This document shows, piece after piece, positions 1 through 9,155 of a stretch of DNA of 64,000 bases. The notes below the pieces were generated by a model. It was given only the letters and a program-made list of their open reading frames with translations. It was not told the DNA's origin and searched no databases. The position numbers and the translations under genes are program-made. The stretch covers positions 40,041 through 104,040 of the forward strand of contig CAVRXN010000001.1 in assembly GCA_963725235.1 (NCBI GenBank), read 5' to 3'. The DNA is from an uncultured bacterium. GTDB taxonomy: Bacteria; Patescibacteriota; Minisyncoccia; UBA6257; 2-01-FULL-56-20. Position 1 is the stretch's first letter, and the number at the start of each line of letters is the position of its first letter.

Positions 1-694
1 CAATCGCGGCGACGCGTCGATTGATGTCCCACGTTTGCATTGCGTTCACTTCGAGTGCATGGATGTAGTGGCCGTACTGTTGTAAAAATTCGCGGACGAC
101 GGTTGCGTGGATCTCGAAACCGATGCGGCCCTGGTCGCTCAGTGGATGGTTGAGGATGACGAGCGTATCGGGCATCGCGGCGAGCGTCGCCAGAATATCG
201 TTTAATGTTTTCGGGTCGGGATTTGCCGTATACGCGGCGAGCGACGCTGCGGCGGCGCTGTGTTCGTGCGTTGGAAGATTGTGTACGCCGATATGAAAAA
301 CGGCGCCGTTATAGGGCGCGGTCCATTCGAGCGAAAGCGGGGTTGCCGGGATGATGTCTTTGTATGCAAGCACCGAATCGTGGTCGGTCAGCGATACGAG
401 TGGTTGGAGATTTTGTTCCGTTATTTGTTTTGCCTCGAGTTGATATGCGGCCGCTGGCGAAACAGGAGATGTCCAATAGCCGAGCGAATAATCGAATGGT
501 TGCTTCCATTTTTTATGGTAGCGATTTTCTGCCCATTGTAGAAGGCGTGGCAAGAAATATATTTTTTGCACCGTTGTCGGTAAAAACTCCAAACTTTCGT
601 GCGAGTGCCAGGTATGGCTATGCAGCGAAACACCGGTTTTGAACCGGCGCCATTCGTCATCATTCTTCCAGCGATAATAAAATCGCTTTTCCAT
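1..694 (-). CDS. hypothetical protein, N-terminal part (gene runs off left edge); His-rich N-terminus hints at a PHP-type metallophosphoesterase
   Basis: Codon-by-codon check of the minus strand from ATG (692-694) shows no stop down to position 2. It reads MEKRFYYRWKNDDEWRRFKTGVSLHSHTWHSHESLEF...VILNHPLSDQGRIGFEIH. It is missing from the ORF track only because its stop lies outside the window. Confidence 0.6.
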   Translation of the reverse strand, partial: MEKRFYYRWKNDDEWRRFKTGVSLHSHTWHSHESLEFLPTTVQKIYFLPRLLQWAENRYHKKWKQPFDYSLGYWTSPVSPAAAYQLEAKQITEQNLQPLVSLTDHDSVLAYKDIIPATPLSLEWTAPYNGAVFHIGVHNLPTHEHSAAAASLAAYTANPDPKTLNDILATLAAMPDTLVILNHPLSDQGRIGFEIHATVVREFLQQYGHYIHALEVNAMQTWDINRRVAAI

Positions 695-729
695 GAAAAT
701 TATAGTACCACAGGCCTACGCAAAAATCA

Positions 730-1167
730 CTACTTGTTGGCGCACGCTTTGCAGAGGCCGTAAAACTCGAGGGCGTGCTGGCGGATTTCGGCGAAATGGC
801 GCGAACCGCGCAGGACTTTTGTTTGGATTTCTTCGACGCCGCACTGTTCGACGTCTTCGACTCGGCCGCAGTGGAGGCAGATAAGATGATGATGTTCGGC
901 GAGATTGGTCAGCTCGTAGTGCGCATGGTTGTGGCGCAGGTCGATCGGTTTGATGAGGCCTCTTGCTTTGAATGCGCCGATGGTCCGGTAGACGGTTGCC
1001 TGGTCGATCGCGGACGACCCCGAGCGGGGGAGGGAATCGGCGACTTCTTGGGCGGCGAGCGGCCGTTTTGATTTATTAAATAATTCTAAAATCGCGAGTC
1101 GCGGGGCGGTCACGCTGAGGCGGTGGGCGCGGAGGAGTTGGGCTGGGTTGAGATGATTGTTTTTCAT
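730..1167 (-). CDS. fur: Fur-family metal-responsive transcriptional regulator
   Basis: ORF 730..1227; likely start is MKNNHLNPAQLL at 1167. Has a winged-helix N-terminus, then HHHLICLHCGRVEDV and a C-terminal CKAC, as is typical of Fur/Zur/PerR. Confidence 0.85.
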   Translation of the reverse strand: MKNNHLNPAQLLRAHRLSVTAPRLAILELFNKSKRPLAAQEVADSLPRSGSSAIDQATVYRTIGAFKARGLIKPIDLRHNHAHYELTNLAEHHHLICLHCGRVEDVEQCGVEEIQTKVLRGSRHFAEIRQHALEFYGLCKACANK

Positions 1168-1216
1168 GATTTTTTCATATAAAGGTTGCTGTATAGGGAG
1201 TATATAATATTTGCGA

Positions 1217-1232
1217 ATTATTTGCAAATAAT
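1217..1232. promoter_or_regulatory. perfect 16-bp palindrome ATTATTTGCAAATAAT in the fur / 1291 divergent promoter region (candidate Fur-type operator)
   Basis: Read directly from the sequence. An overlapping half-site variant ATATTTGCGAAT lies immediately upstream. It is AT-rich and dyad-symmetric like Fur boxes, and sits between divergent genes. Confidence 0.5.
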
Positions 1233-1290
1233 TTGACCCACACCAAGAGGAAGCTATACTTCTTTATAGATCTTTAGGAGAAGAATACCG

Positions 1291-1644
1291 ATGAAGGCAA
1301 TGCTTGCTCTTTTTGCGAATCATAAAGGAGCGGAGGAACTCCGTCTCTATTTCCCGACATGGGAAGTGGATGGGCGTACGCTCAAGGGCGTCAATGTGCT
1401 TCCGCATCGCTGTGATCCTTCCGTCTGCGAATACGGCGATCATGTGCATGTGGGGGTATATGACGATCCCATCTCGATCATTTGCGAGGATTATGTGATG
1501 CTGACCGACGAACAGTCGGCAACGATCACGAATTATCTTCGCGCCCAAGTTGCCGTGGATCGAATGATCTACGACTTCAATGGTCTTATCCACAATAATC
1601 CAACCGAGCCGCATCGCGGCTATCTAGAAAAGGAGAAACTATGA
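1291..1644 (+). CDS. hypothetical Cys/His-rich protein (117 aa)
   Basis: ORF track. AGGAG lies 9 nt upstream of the ATG. Contains HRCDPSVCEYGDHVHVG. No family recognised. Confidence 0.6.
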   Translation: MKAMLALFANHKGAEELRLYFPTWEVDGRTLKGVNVLPHRCDPSVCEYGDHVHVGVYDDPISIICEDYVMLTDEQSATITNYLRAQVAVDRMIYDFNGLIHNNPTEPHRGYLEKEKL

Positions 1645-2326
1645 CACCGATCATGAAAGACAATCCCGCGCTCCTCGCGAACGGTAACCGGACCATTTAC
1701 GGTTATTTCGATAAGGGCGACATCCCGCACCTCGCCGAAGCATATCCTCTTATTGGAGGGGATGCGATCGCGAGGATTGCGGATGCCATCAATGCTCCGC
1801 GCCTTCTCGAGGTAACCACGATCCTCGAGGTGGTGCATCGCTATCTCGAAAAGTCGTTCTCGCAAATCCGCGGCCTTTCCATTAAGGCCGTTTCGAATCC
1901 GCTTTCCGTCCTTTTCTGGAATGAGAAGGAGGGACGAGTTCAACGCATTAAGACACGCGAAAGCGAACTCATGCACGGCGCGTGCGAAAAACTCGCGTTG
2001 CGCACCGACGGCGTCGCGAAGGTCAACCAGAATCCTTGCGGAATCGTTCGGTCTGCGGCTTGCTATTCGGTTGCTCCTGTTGCGCGATCGTCGTCAACGC
2101 AGAGGATGCCGAGACACTTTTTTCCTCCGATCATTATCGGAACCGGGAAACGTACGGACGTCTCTTCGACTCAGATGTGCTCTGCGTCACGGGCGATTTG
2201 CTCGAAGCTGATTCGGTGGCTGACTTGCCGCCGGGCATTCTCGATGCATCTTCCGACTTCCATGAAGCGGAGGTTGAGAGCTACCTTCGTTTCGCGCGAG
2301 TGAATGAGGCAGTCGTGACGAGCTAA
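1641..2326 (+). CDS. hypothetical protein, frame-disrupted near 2040
   Basis: ORF 1641..2303 reads protein-like until about aa 130, then turns Arg/Ser-rich. Frame 1982..2326 then reads protein-like (AIVVNAEDAETLFSSDHYRNRETYGRLFDSDVLCVTGDLLEADS...). The 4-nt ATGA overlap with the upstream gene suggests an operon. Confidence 0.5.
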
Positions 2327-2479
2327 CATCGTCGCGGCAAATCCTCCTGTCGACGCGAGGCTCGTGGAGTTCCTCAAAGGGAATGTCGCCCTCGCCGCCT
2401 AATATCGCCTTCATCTGTTTAGGCAAGGGGTTCCGTCCTAACGGAGCCCCCAATTTTTATCAATTATCTACTTATCTCT

Positions 2480-2860
2480 ATGCTCACTAATTATCTTATA
2501 GTTGCTTCTGCCATTGCGGTCGCATCCCTCATTTGGTGGAACTGGCTTGACGATCACCCGGCGTTTCACGCATGGGTGAAAAAGCTGCCCGTTATCGGGC
2601 ATCCCCTTGATTGCAGTTTCTGCTTTCCAATGTGGCTGACATTTTTTGCAATATTTTTCTTTCAACCGCTTGCCATTCCTATCGCTCTTTTATTACCGTG
2701 GGTCGGCGTTCCTGGTGTGATTGGCCGTTTCATTCTTGAATGGTTTTCTCTTGGAGCGGGCGTACTTTTTATCCGTCATTCGATTTTCGCAATTCGGGAA
2801 ATAGGAGCAGTTTTTAATCATCGACACAAGAAGAACCACGAGAACGACCATACGCATTAG
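2480..2860 (+). CDS. small integral membrane protein (DUF1360-like, uncertain)
   Basis: ORF track. Several hydrophobic helices and a CSFCFPMW motif. Confidence 0.6.
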   Translation: MLTNYLIVASAIAVASLIWWNWLDDHPAFHAWVKKLPVIGHPLDCSFCFPMWLTFFAIFFFQPLAIPIALLLPWVGVPGVIGRFILEWFSLGAGVLFIRHSIFAIREIGAVFNHRHKKNHENDHTH

Positions 2861-2874
2861 ACTTTCCGTCGTAA

Positions 2875-2883
2875 TGCTATAAT
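2875..2883 (+). promoter_or_regulatory. extended -10 box TGCTATAAT, 6 nt before the mntH ATG (short or absent leader)
   Basis: Sequence read. The same TGCTAnnAT box recurs before tgt (6081-6089), 7348 (7322-7330), atpB (10182-10190) and 28077 (28062-28070). Confidence 0.55.
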
Positions 2884-2889
2884 TTCAGC

Positions 2890-4182
2890 ATGACGACCGA
2901 AGCGACCGAGAAGAAAAAATTCAATCGCCTCCTGCGTATCCTCGGCCCCGGCTTGATAACCGGCGCCGCCGACGACGATCCGTCGGGCATCGCAACCTAT
3001 TCCCAAACTGGAGCGCAGTTCGGCTATGGCCAGCTTTGGACCGCGATTTTTATGTTGCCGCTTATGGTTGCGATTCAGGAGGCTTGCGCGCGCATTGGAC
3101 AGGTGACGGGCAAGGGAATCGTCTCCGTCGTGAAGTCGCATTATCCGCGCGGCATCGTCCTCAGCGTCGTCGCGCTCGTCATCGTTGCGAACACGATCAA
3201 TATCGGCGCCGACATCGGCGCGATGGCTGCTGCGGCGCAGCTCGTCGTCCCGATCAACTTCGTCATCCTGACGCTCGGCTTTACCGTAACTATTTTGCTC
3301 GTCGAAATTTTCACCTCGTATCGCGTCTACGCGCGTATTTTGAAATGGCTCGCCATCGCGCTCGTTTCATACATCATCACGGTCTTCATCGTTCCGGAAA
3401 ACTGGCCGGTAATTTTGCATGCGACCTTCGTCCCGCATTTCGAATTTAATTTTGCTTTCATATTTATTATTACTGGCGTTCTTGGTACGACGATCTCGCC
3501 GTACATGTTTTTCTGGGAAGCGAATGAGGAAGTCGAAGAAGAACAGGAAAAACATCTCGGCAAAAATGCGGAAGGCAAACCGAAGATAACGAAGAGCGCA
3601 ATTCGTAAGATGCGTCTCGATAATTTCATCGGCATGTTCTCGTCGAACATTGTTACGTGGTGCATTATCGTCACGACGGCAACTGTTTTGTTCTCGCACG
3701 GGATAACGAACATCGCCACCTCGGCCGACGCCGCAGCCGCACTCGAGCCACTCGTCCATTCGTTCCCGTACGCCGGTTTTCTTGCGAAAGCCATTTTCGC
3801 GTTCGGTGTCGTCGGTCTCGGCTTGCTCGCCGTTCCCGTTTTGTCGTCCTCCGCATCGTACGCCGTTGCTGAAGCATTTAATTGGCGCGAGGGGTTGAAC
3901 CGAAAGTTAAAACGCGCGCACGGTTTCTACGGTGTCATCACGATCGCTACTTTAATTGGCCTCGGCATCAATTTCGTCGGCATCGACCCCATCAAAGCCC
4001 TCGTCGTCAGCGCTGTCATCAACGGCATCGTCGCCGTCCCATTGATTTTCATCATCGCCCGCGTCGCCAACAACCGTGAAATTATGGGTGAGTTCACGAG
4101 CGGTTGGCTGTCGAACATTTTCGTCTGGCTGACGTTTGCCGGAATGCTCGCGGCTGCGGTTGCGCTCGTGGTGGTGAGGTAA
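2890..4182 (+). CDS. mntH: NRAMP-family divalent metal (Mn/Fe) transporter
   Basis: 430 aa and polytopic. The N-terminal GPGLITGAADDDPSGIATYSQTGAQFGYGQLW matches the NRAMP signature region. fur is a near neighbour. Confidence 0.9.
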   Translation: MTTEATEKKKFNRLLRILGPGLITGAADDDPSGIATYSQTGAQFGYGQLWTAIFMLPLMVAIQEACARIGQVTGKGIVSVVKSHYPRGIVLSVVALVIVANTINIGADIGAMAAAAQLVVPINFVILTLGFTVTILLVEIFTSYRVYARILKWLAIALVSYIITVFIVPENWPVILHATFVPHFEFNFAFIFIITGVLGTTISPYMFFWEANEEVEEEQEKHLGKNAEGKPKITKSAIRKMRLDNFIGMFSSNIVTWCIIVTTATVLFSHGITNIATSADAAAALEPLVHSFPYAGFLAKAIFAFGVVGLGLLAVPVLSSSASYAVAEAFNWREGLNRKLKRAHGFYGVITIATLIGLGINFVGIDPIKALVVSAVINGIVAVPLIFIIARVANNREIMGEFTSGWLSNIFVWLTFAGMLAAAVALVVVR

Positions 4183-4183
4183 T

Positions 4184-5299
4184 TTATATCTCCTCCGTCG
4201 TCAGTTGCGGTACCGTGCTTGTCGTTATTGTCACATTAAATCTCAACTGCCCGATGATTTGGCCGCGGGTGGTTTCGACGTTGACGCGCCAGGCGCCGGC
4301 CTCGTCGATATCGGGTAATTCGGAAAATGTTCGCCAGCCGCCATCGCTGCCGCCGGTTACGGCGAGGGTCACTTGGCTGCGCGTTACCCACGCCCCATCA
4401 CCGATGCCTTCGGCGTTTGGCTCATAATATTGCCACACGTGTACGATCGTCGGATTGAGCGATGATGGCGAAAAAACGGCGGTGTAAGCAAATAGAGGCG
4501 AGCCCGCGGTAAGAGTGACGGGTTGGCTCCATTCGAAGAAATCCCACCAGGGTTGGCTTTCATATTGAACGGTATAGTTGCCGGGACTATTGACGGTTAG
4601 AGTTTCGTAGACGCCGGCGTCCTTTAACGACAGCGGCAGCGGTGGGATAAGATTAAAAAAGTATAAAAAATTCACGCCGACAAAAATACTAAGGATGGCG
4701 CCACGCGTCCACCATTTCGCTGCGCCGACGAAGCGCTCGTGCGAAAATTTTCGTAAAATTAAAATGATGCCGCCGATTGCGGCCAAGCTGACGATTCCCG
4801 ACAAGATAAAAATCGCCGTACTGATCTGATGGAATAAAATTGGCAAGACGTAGATTGCGAATGCGTAGTACCCGAGAAAGATTAAAGAAAGCTGAAAAGC
4901 GAGTCGTGCATAATGGCGTTTCAGGCGCTCGTTCGCGATGAAGGCGATGACGAGCAGCAACAAAAACGGCCAGTCGGTTGCGATCGACCCGCTGCGGAAA
5001 TAGAAGACGAGGAATGTCGAGAAGATGCCGCCGAAGAAAAACTGCATGACGTTCACAAGCCAGAAGTGCAGGCGCGACGGATCTTCTTCATCGTGGCCGC
5101 TCGTGTTTTCGATCAGGTTGATCATCAGCGCGCACGCGGTCACGATCGCGAGATGGCCGAGCACCCAGAAATTTTCCCAGAATTGATCGACGCGCGTCAG
5201 CGTTATCGCGTCAAAAACGAAACCGGCAACGAGCGAGATCGACGAGAATGGACGTTCGATGCGGGCGTAGAAATCGCGGGCGCGGTCGATGAATGACAT
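4184..5299 (-). CDS. polytopic membrane protein with C-terminal extracytoplasmic beta-rich domain
   Basis: ORF track, 371 aa. About 8 hydrophobic segments, then a soluble C-terminal part. Family uncertain. Confidence 0.65.
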   Translation of the reverse strand: MSFIDRARDFYARIERPFSSISLVAGFVFDAITLTRVDQFWENFWVLGHLAIVTACALMINLIENTSGHDEEDPSRLHFWLVNVMQFFFGGIFSTFLVFYFRSGSIATDWPFLLLLVIAFIANERLKRHYARLAFQLSLIFLGYYAFAIYVLPILFHQISTAIFILSGIVSLAAIGGIILILRKFSHERFVGAAKWWTRGAILSIFVGVNFLYFFNLIPPLPLSLKDAGVYETLTVNSPGNYTVQYESQPWWDFFEWSQPVTLTAGSPLFAYTAVFSPSSLNPTIVHVWQYYEPNAEGIGDGAWVTRSQVTLAVTGGSDGGWRTFSELPDIDEAGAWRVNVETTRGQIIGQLRFNVTITTSTVPQLTTEEI

Positions 5300-6034
5300 T
5301 TATTGCGGGAATGCTACGGTCAGACCATCAGATAATTTAACGGTTGCGAGAATGGATTGCAGTTGGGCTTGGACAATGGCCTGGTCGGCGGTCGTGAATT
5401 GTTGGATCGAGCCGGATGGATAATTCAGGTAGTCGCTCTGGCCGACGCGCGTTTCGAATTCGTAGCAGCTGATACCCGTGGCGCTATTTGCTGGTGTTGG
5501 ATAGGATAGGCGATAGAGTTGGCCGTTCGCGAAATGTCCGGCTGCCGCACCGCCGACGTTCGGGAATTCGGCGAGCGTGTATGCGGAGGATGAAGCGATG
5601 ACGGTTGAAGTTGCACCGGTGAAGCCGTCGGGCGCGGTGTTCAGACATTGCGACTCGGTCGTCAGGTCCGTGCGCTTGTCGATGCGGATGCCGGCGGTTT
5701 CGAAATTCGTTCCGGCATAGGTTGAGGTGTTACTATAGTAGAGGCAATAATTGAAGTTGCCGTTGCATGGCGGGATATAAGAACTTACTAAGATTTGTTG
5801 TGGGGTGGTTGCGAGCGCGAATAGAGATGATGGATAGGAGAATGAAATTGTCCCGTCGGAAATTTGTTGGTCAAAGTTCGGGCCGCCTGGCGTGCTGGTT
5901 GTCATGCCGGTCGTACCGGTTCCTGTCGTTGTCGTGCTTGTCGACGGGCCAGTATTGGTGGCATAAATCCACCAGCCGAGGAGGATGACGATAATAATGA
6001 CTACGATGATGCCGATGACGGTGGATTTTTTCAT
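5300..6034 (-). CDS. membrane-anchored secreted hypothetical protein (paralog of 34612..35325)
   Basis: N-terminal TM MKKSTVIGIIVVIIIVILLGWW, then a Thr/Gly linker. Conserved layout shared with 34612..35325 (F.YP..., C...C, AAG..Y....YR, CYE.E, ...TVKL/TFKF). Confidence 0.7.
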   Translation of the reverse strand: MKKSTVIGIIVVIIIVILLGWWIYATNTGPSTSTTTTGTGTTGMTTSTPGGPNFDQQISDGTISFSYPSSLFALATTPQQILVSSYIPPCNGNFNYCLYYSNTSTYAGTNFETAGIRIDKRTDLTTESQCLNTAPDGFTGATSTVIASSSAYTLAEFPNVGGAAAGHFANGQLYRLSYPTPANSATGISCYEFETRVGQSDYLNYPSGSIQQFTTADQAIVQAQLQSILATVKLSDGLTVAFPQ

Positions 6035-6095
6035 GTTATTTTAATACTTACAGTATACTACAATTTGCCGATAAAAAATATGCTACAATTTCCCC

Positions 6096-7318
6096 ATGAT
6101 TGATTTCACGGTTTTGAAAAAATCACGCCGGAGTCGAGCGCGGCTTGGGATCTGGAAACGCCCCACGGTGCGGTCGAGACGCCGTCTTTGGTTGGCGTCG
6201 CGACGAATGCGACGATCAAGACGTTGCGGAGTGATGAAGTTTTGGCGACGGGAACGCAGGTACTGATTTCGAATACGTATCATTTGCATATTGCGGCGGA
6301 TGGAAAAGGTGAAAAAATCATTAAATCGGCCGGAGGTTTGAATAAGTTTATGAATTGGCCGCGGCCGACGATGACTGACTCAGGCGGTTTTCAGGTTTTT
6401 AGTTTAGGGTTTGGACGCGATTTGGGAGTGGGGAAGGTTGCGACGCGCGTGCCGCGCGGCGCCGACGCAAGACATTTGGATAGCAAGCTTGAAAAAGCGA
6501 TTGATAAAGGCCATCAACCGAATTCGGTGAAAATTACGGACGACGGCGTTCGGTTCCGGTCGCCTCTGACGGGCGAAGAACTTTTTCTTGGTCCGCGCGA
6601 ATCGATCGCGATCCAGGAAAAAATTGGCGCCGATATTATATTCGCGTTTGACGAGTGCACGCCGCCGCGCGTTACGCGCGAATATATGCGAGCGGCGCTC
6701 GATCGGACGCATCGCTGGGCGCGCGAATGTATCGCCGCGCGAAAAACCGACCAGGCGCTGTACGGCATCGTGCAGGGTTCTGTCTATAAAGATATGCGGC
6801 AGGAGTCGGCTCGGTTTATTAATAAGTTGGGGCGCGAGGGGAGCGGGGGCCGCGATGGCGGCTTCGCCGGTTTTGGCGTCGGCGGCGATCTAGGCGATGC
6901 ATTAGGAACTTCGAAGATCACGACGCGGCAAGTTTTAGAATGGACGTTGCCGCTGCTCGACGAGCGCAAACCGCGGCACTTGCTTGGTATCGGCAAACTT
7001 GAGGACATTGAAACGATTATTCGCGCCGGCGTTGATACGTTCGATTGCACGGTGCCGACACATTATGGGCGTCGCGGGATCGCGTTTACGTCGGTTGGCG
7101 CGGTCGATTGCAACAAGTCAGCGTTGTTAAAAGAAAATGCACCGCTCGACGCAAAATGCGATTGCCTTGTCTGTGTCGTCTATCGCCGCAATTATATCGC
7201 GCATTTGATGCGTGCGCATGAAATAACGGGCGCTGCGCTGCTAACGTACCACAATTTATATTTCTTCAACGCGTATATTGGGCGCATTCGCGAAAAAATT
7301 AAGCGGGGGATTTTATAA
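6096..7318 (+). CDS. tgt: tRNA-guanine transglycosylase, one frame disruption near 6145
   Basis: ATG at 6096 gives MIDFTVLKKSRRSRARLG. The frame then switches to DLETPHGAVETPSLVGVATNATIKTL... (ORF 6188..7318), with TGT-like FDECTPP and DTFDCTVPTHYGRRG. The shift sits at a G run (cttgggatc). Confidence 0.85.
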
Positions 7319-7347
7319 ATGTGCTATAATCGAATTATTAAAGAAAG

Positions 7348-7923
7348 ATGAACACGTCCACAATTGCAACGCTTTTACAACTCGTTGTTTCGCTCCTGAC
7401 GGGCGCCCAGCATAGTGTGGTCATGACGCCGTCGACGACGCAGGCGACGGTTGCGATTGCGAGCCGAGCGATTCAGTTGTCGGCGCAGGCCGAGGCGATG
7501 CCGAAGATACCGTTCGCGATTCCGCCGAACACGAGCAATGCGCCGAATATGAAAGATCTCTTGCAGACGGCGTATATCGATCTGACTGGAGCGTACGTGC
7601 CACCGATCGCGAACGATGTCGGTGTCGTGCAAGAAGATACTTCGTTCGGCGACCTCAACGCGGATGGCTACGATGATGCGGTGACCGTTGTCCAGCGAAC
7701 TGATTCCGCTGGCAATACGACATTTGCACTCGCCGCGATGTTGAACGAAGGCGGTATGATGTTCAATGTAGACGATGTGCCATTGGGTTCAACCGTTCAC
7801 CTGAATTCGCACGATATTGTCCAGGGCGGCGATCTTATTATTAATATGTCGGTTAACGGTGCTGCGGCGCAGACGTCGACATACTATTTGTTGGGCGACC
7901 AGCTGCTGAAAATAAATAATTAA
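7348..7923 (+). CDS. secreted hypothetical protein
   Basis: ORF track. Hydrophobic N-terminus and an FG-GAP-like DLNADGYDDAV segment. Confidence 0.6.
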   Translation: MNTSTIATLLQLVVSLLTGAQHSVVMTPSTTQATVAIASRAIQLSAQAEAMPKIPFAIPPNTSNAPNMKDLLQTAYIDLTGAYVPPIANDVGVVQEDTSFGDLNADGYDDAVTVVQRTDSAGNTTFALAAMLNEGGMMFNVDDVPLGSTVHLNSHDIVQGGDLIINMSVNGAAAQTSTYYLLGDQLLKINN

Positions 7924-7930
7924 ATAAAAA

Positions 7931-8917
7931 TTAACTTGGGAAACTGTACTGTACGACTTGTCCGGCTGGGGTTGTAATGTATAAAATATTTGCCGCTGAA
8001 TCGTAGAGCGGGTGAGTGCCTTGTGCGACGGTCGTAAAATTGACGAGCGCGGTGTCGGCGAGATCGAGGAATGAAACGGAGTTGGGGTAAACGATAAAAA
8101 GATGGGTATTGTCTTTATACCAAATGACATGTGTGGCCGCGTTGATGCTTGGGAGGTTAAAGCGATAATAGACACTCGAGTCGCTCAACGAAAATACTTC
8201 CAAACTGTTGCCTTCAAGCGCGGCGACCATCGAACCGTCATTGGTTGCGGCAAAATCTTTTACATCATCCGCGAGCTTCCGGGGCGATTGCGCACCGTCG
8301 CTATCCGACGGGTTATAAATATAGAGCTCGCCGGTATTTTGTAAGATGCCGATCGTCGTCGGCGTCATCCATTTCGCTTCGAGGTTTTTCCCGATAACCG
8401 TGGTTTTCGCGGTTGTTGTCGCTTGGGCAATATTATAGATGGCAATCTTATTTGTGCCAACCAAAACTTTTTGTGCCGGATCGAATGGGTCGAGCGTTGT
8501 TGACGTCGGTTGGCTTGTGATAAAAGCATTCACCGTGCCCGATGGCGCCGGAGCCGCAACGGATGGCACGAGTACGGCATATTTATATTGCACGACCTGC
8601 GATGGCGCTACCGCCGCATTTTCCTGCCAGTCGTCATATCCGGCGGCTTTCAGCGATACATCATACGTTCGCGGGAGAAGGTCGGAGATCAATGTCCCGG
8701 GGCTCAGAAATCCTGAACTATTCTGAATCGGCTGGCCGTTCAGATAAATCGTTGCGTTGCTTGGATACGACCGGACATAAATGCCGCCGACTTTTTCGGG
8801 GCGCCAGGTTGAGAAATCGAGGCGCCAGCCTTGTGCGTAGAGGACGACGCCGCTGCCTAACACAAAAAAAAGCGCGACCAACGTATAAAATATTTTCCGG
8901 CGGGTTCGGAGGGTCAT
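7931..8917 (-). CDS. PEGA-domain membrane-anchored protein
   Basis: 328 aa. N-terminal TM, then SYPSNATIYLNGQPI...YDVSLKAAGYDDWQ (PEGA-like). Confidence 0.7.
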   Translation of the reverse strand: MTLRTRRKIFYTLVALFFVLGSGVVLYAQGWRLDFSTWRPEKVGGIYVRSYPSNATIYLNGQPIQNSSGFLSPGTLISDLLPRTYDVSLKAAGYDDWQENAAVAPSQVVQYKYAVLVPSVAAPAPSGTVNAFITSQPTSTTLDPFDPAQKVLVGTNKIAIYNIAQATTTAKTTVIGKNLEAKWMTPTTIGILQNTGELYIYNPSDSDGAQSPRKLADDVKDFAATNDGSMVAALEGNSLEVFSLSDSSVYYRFNLPSINAATHVIWYKDNTHLFIVYPNSVSFLDLADTALVNFTTVAQGTHPLYDSAANILYITTPAGQVVQYSFPS

Positions 8918-8940
8918 TAAAAAAGGATGAAATGATTATA

Positions 8941-9105
8941 CAACAAAAAGCCCGGCCCTTCAACCGAAGTTGGGCCGGGCACTTTATGATCCCGCATAGA
9001 TCTCTGGCGTTAACGCCAGGTGGGTTAGCTCAACTGACGGTCCACGGACCGCAGCGCTTCGCCGTCCCAAAATAATTATTAATCCGAGATCTAAGCAGGA
9101 TCATT
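8941..9105 (-). ncRNA. candidate structured small RNA with its own intrinsic terminator (class unknown)
   Basis: On the minus strand, GATCCTGCTTAGATCTC (9102-9086) pairs with GAGATCTATGCGGGATC (9004-8988). These enclose internal hairpins (CTGGCGTTAACGCCAG; GGTCCGTGGACC). A terminator GCCCGGCCC-N13-GGGCCGGGC plus TTTTTGTTG follows (8980-8941). A separate TATAAT then precedes the next gene. Confidence 0.4.
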
Positions 9106-9155
9106 ACTAGTATACCGCAAATGACAGAAATTTTCTGTTTTTGCCATAGTAAGAA

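Noticed and set aside
8941-9105. The structured RNA candidate could be the SRP (4.5S) or 6S RNA.
   Set aside because: I could not find the conserved helix-8 pattern (GNAR tetraloop flanked by AGG.../...AGCA), nor a 6S-like central bubble. It is left unclassified rather than named.
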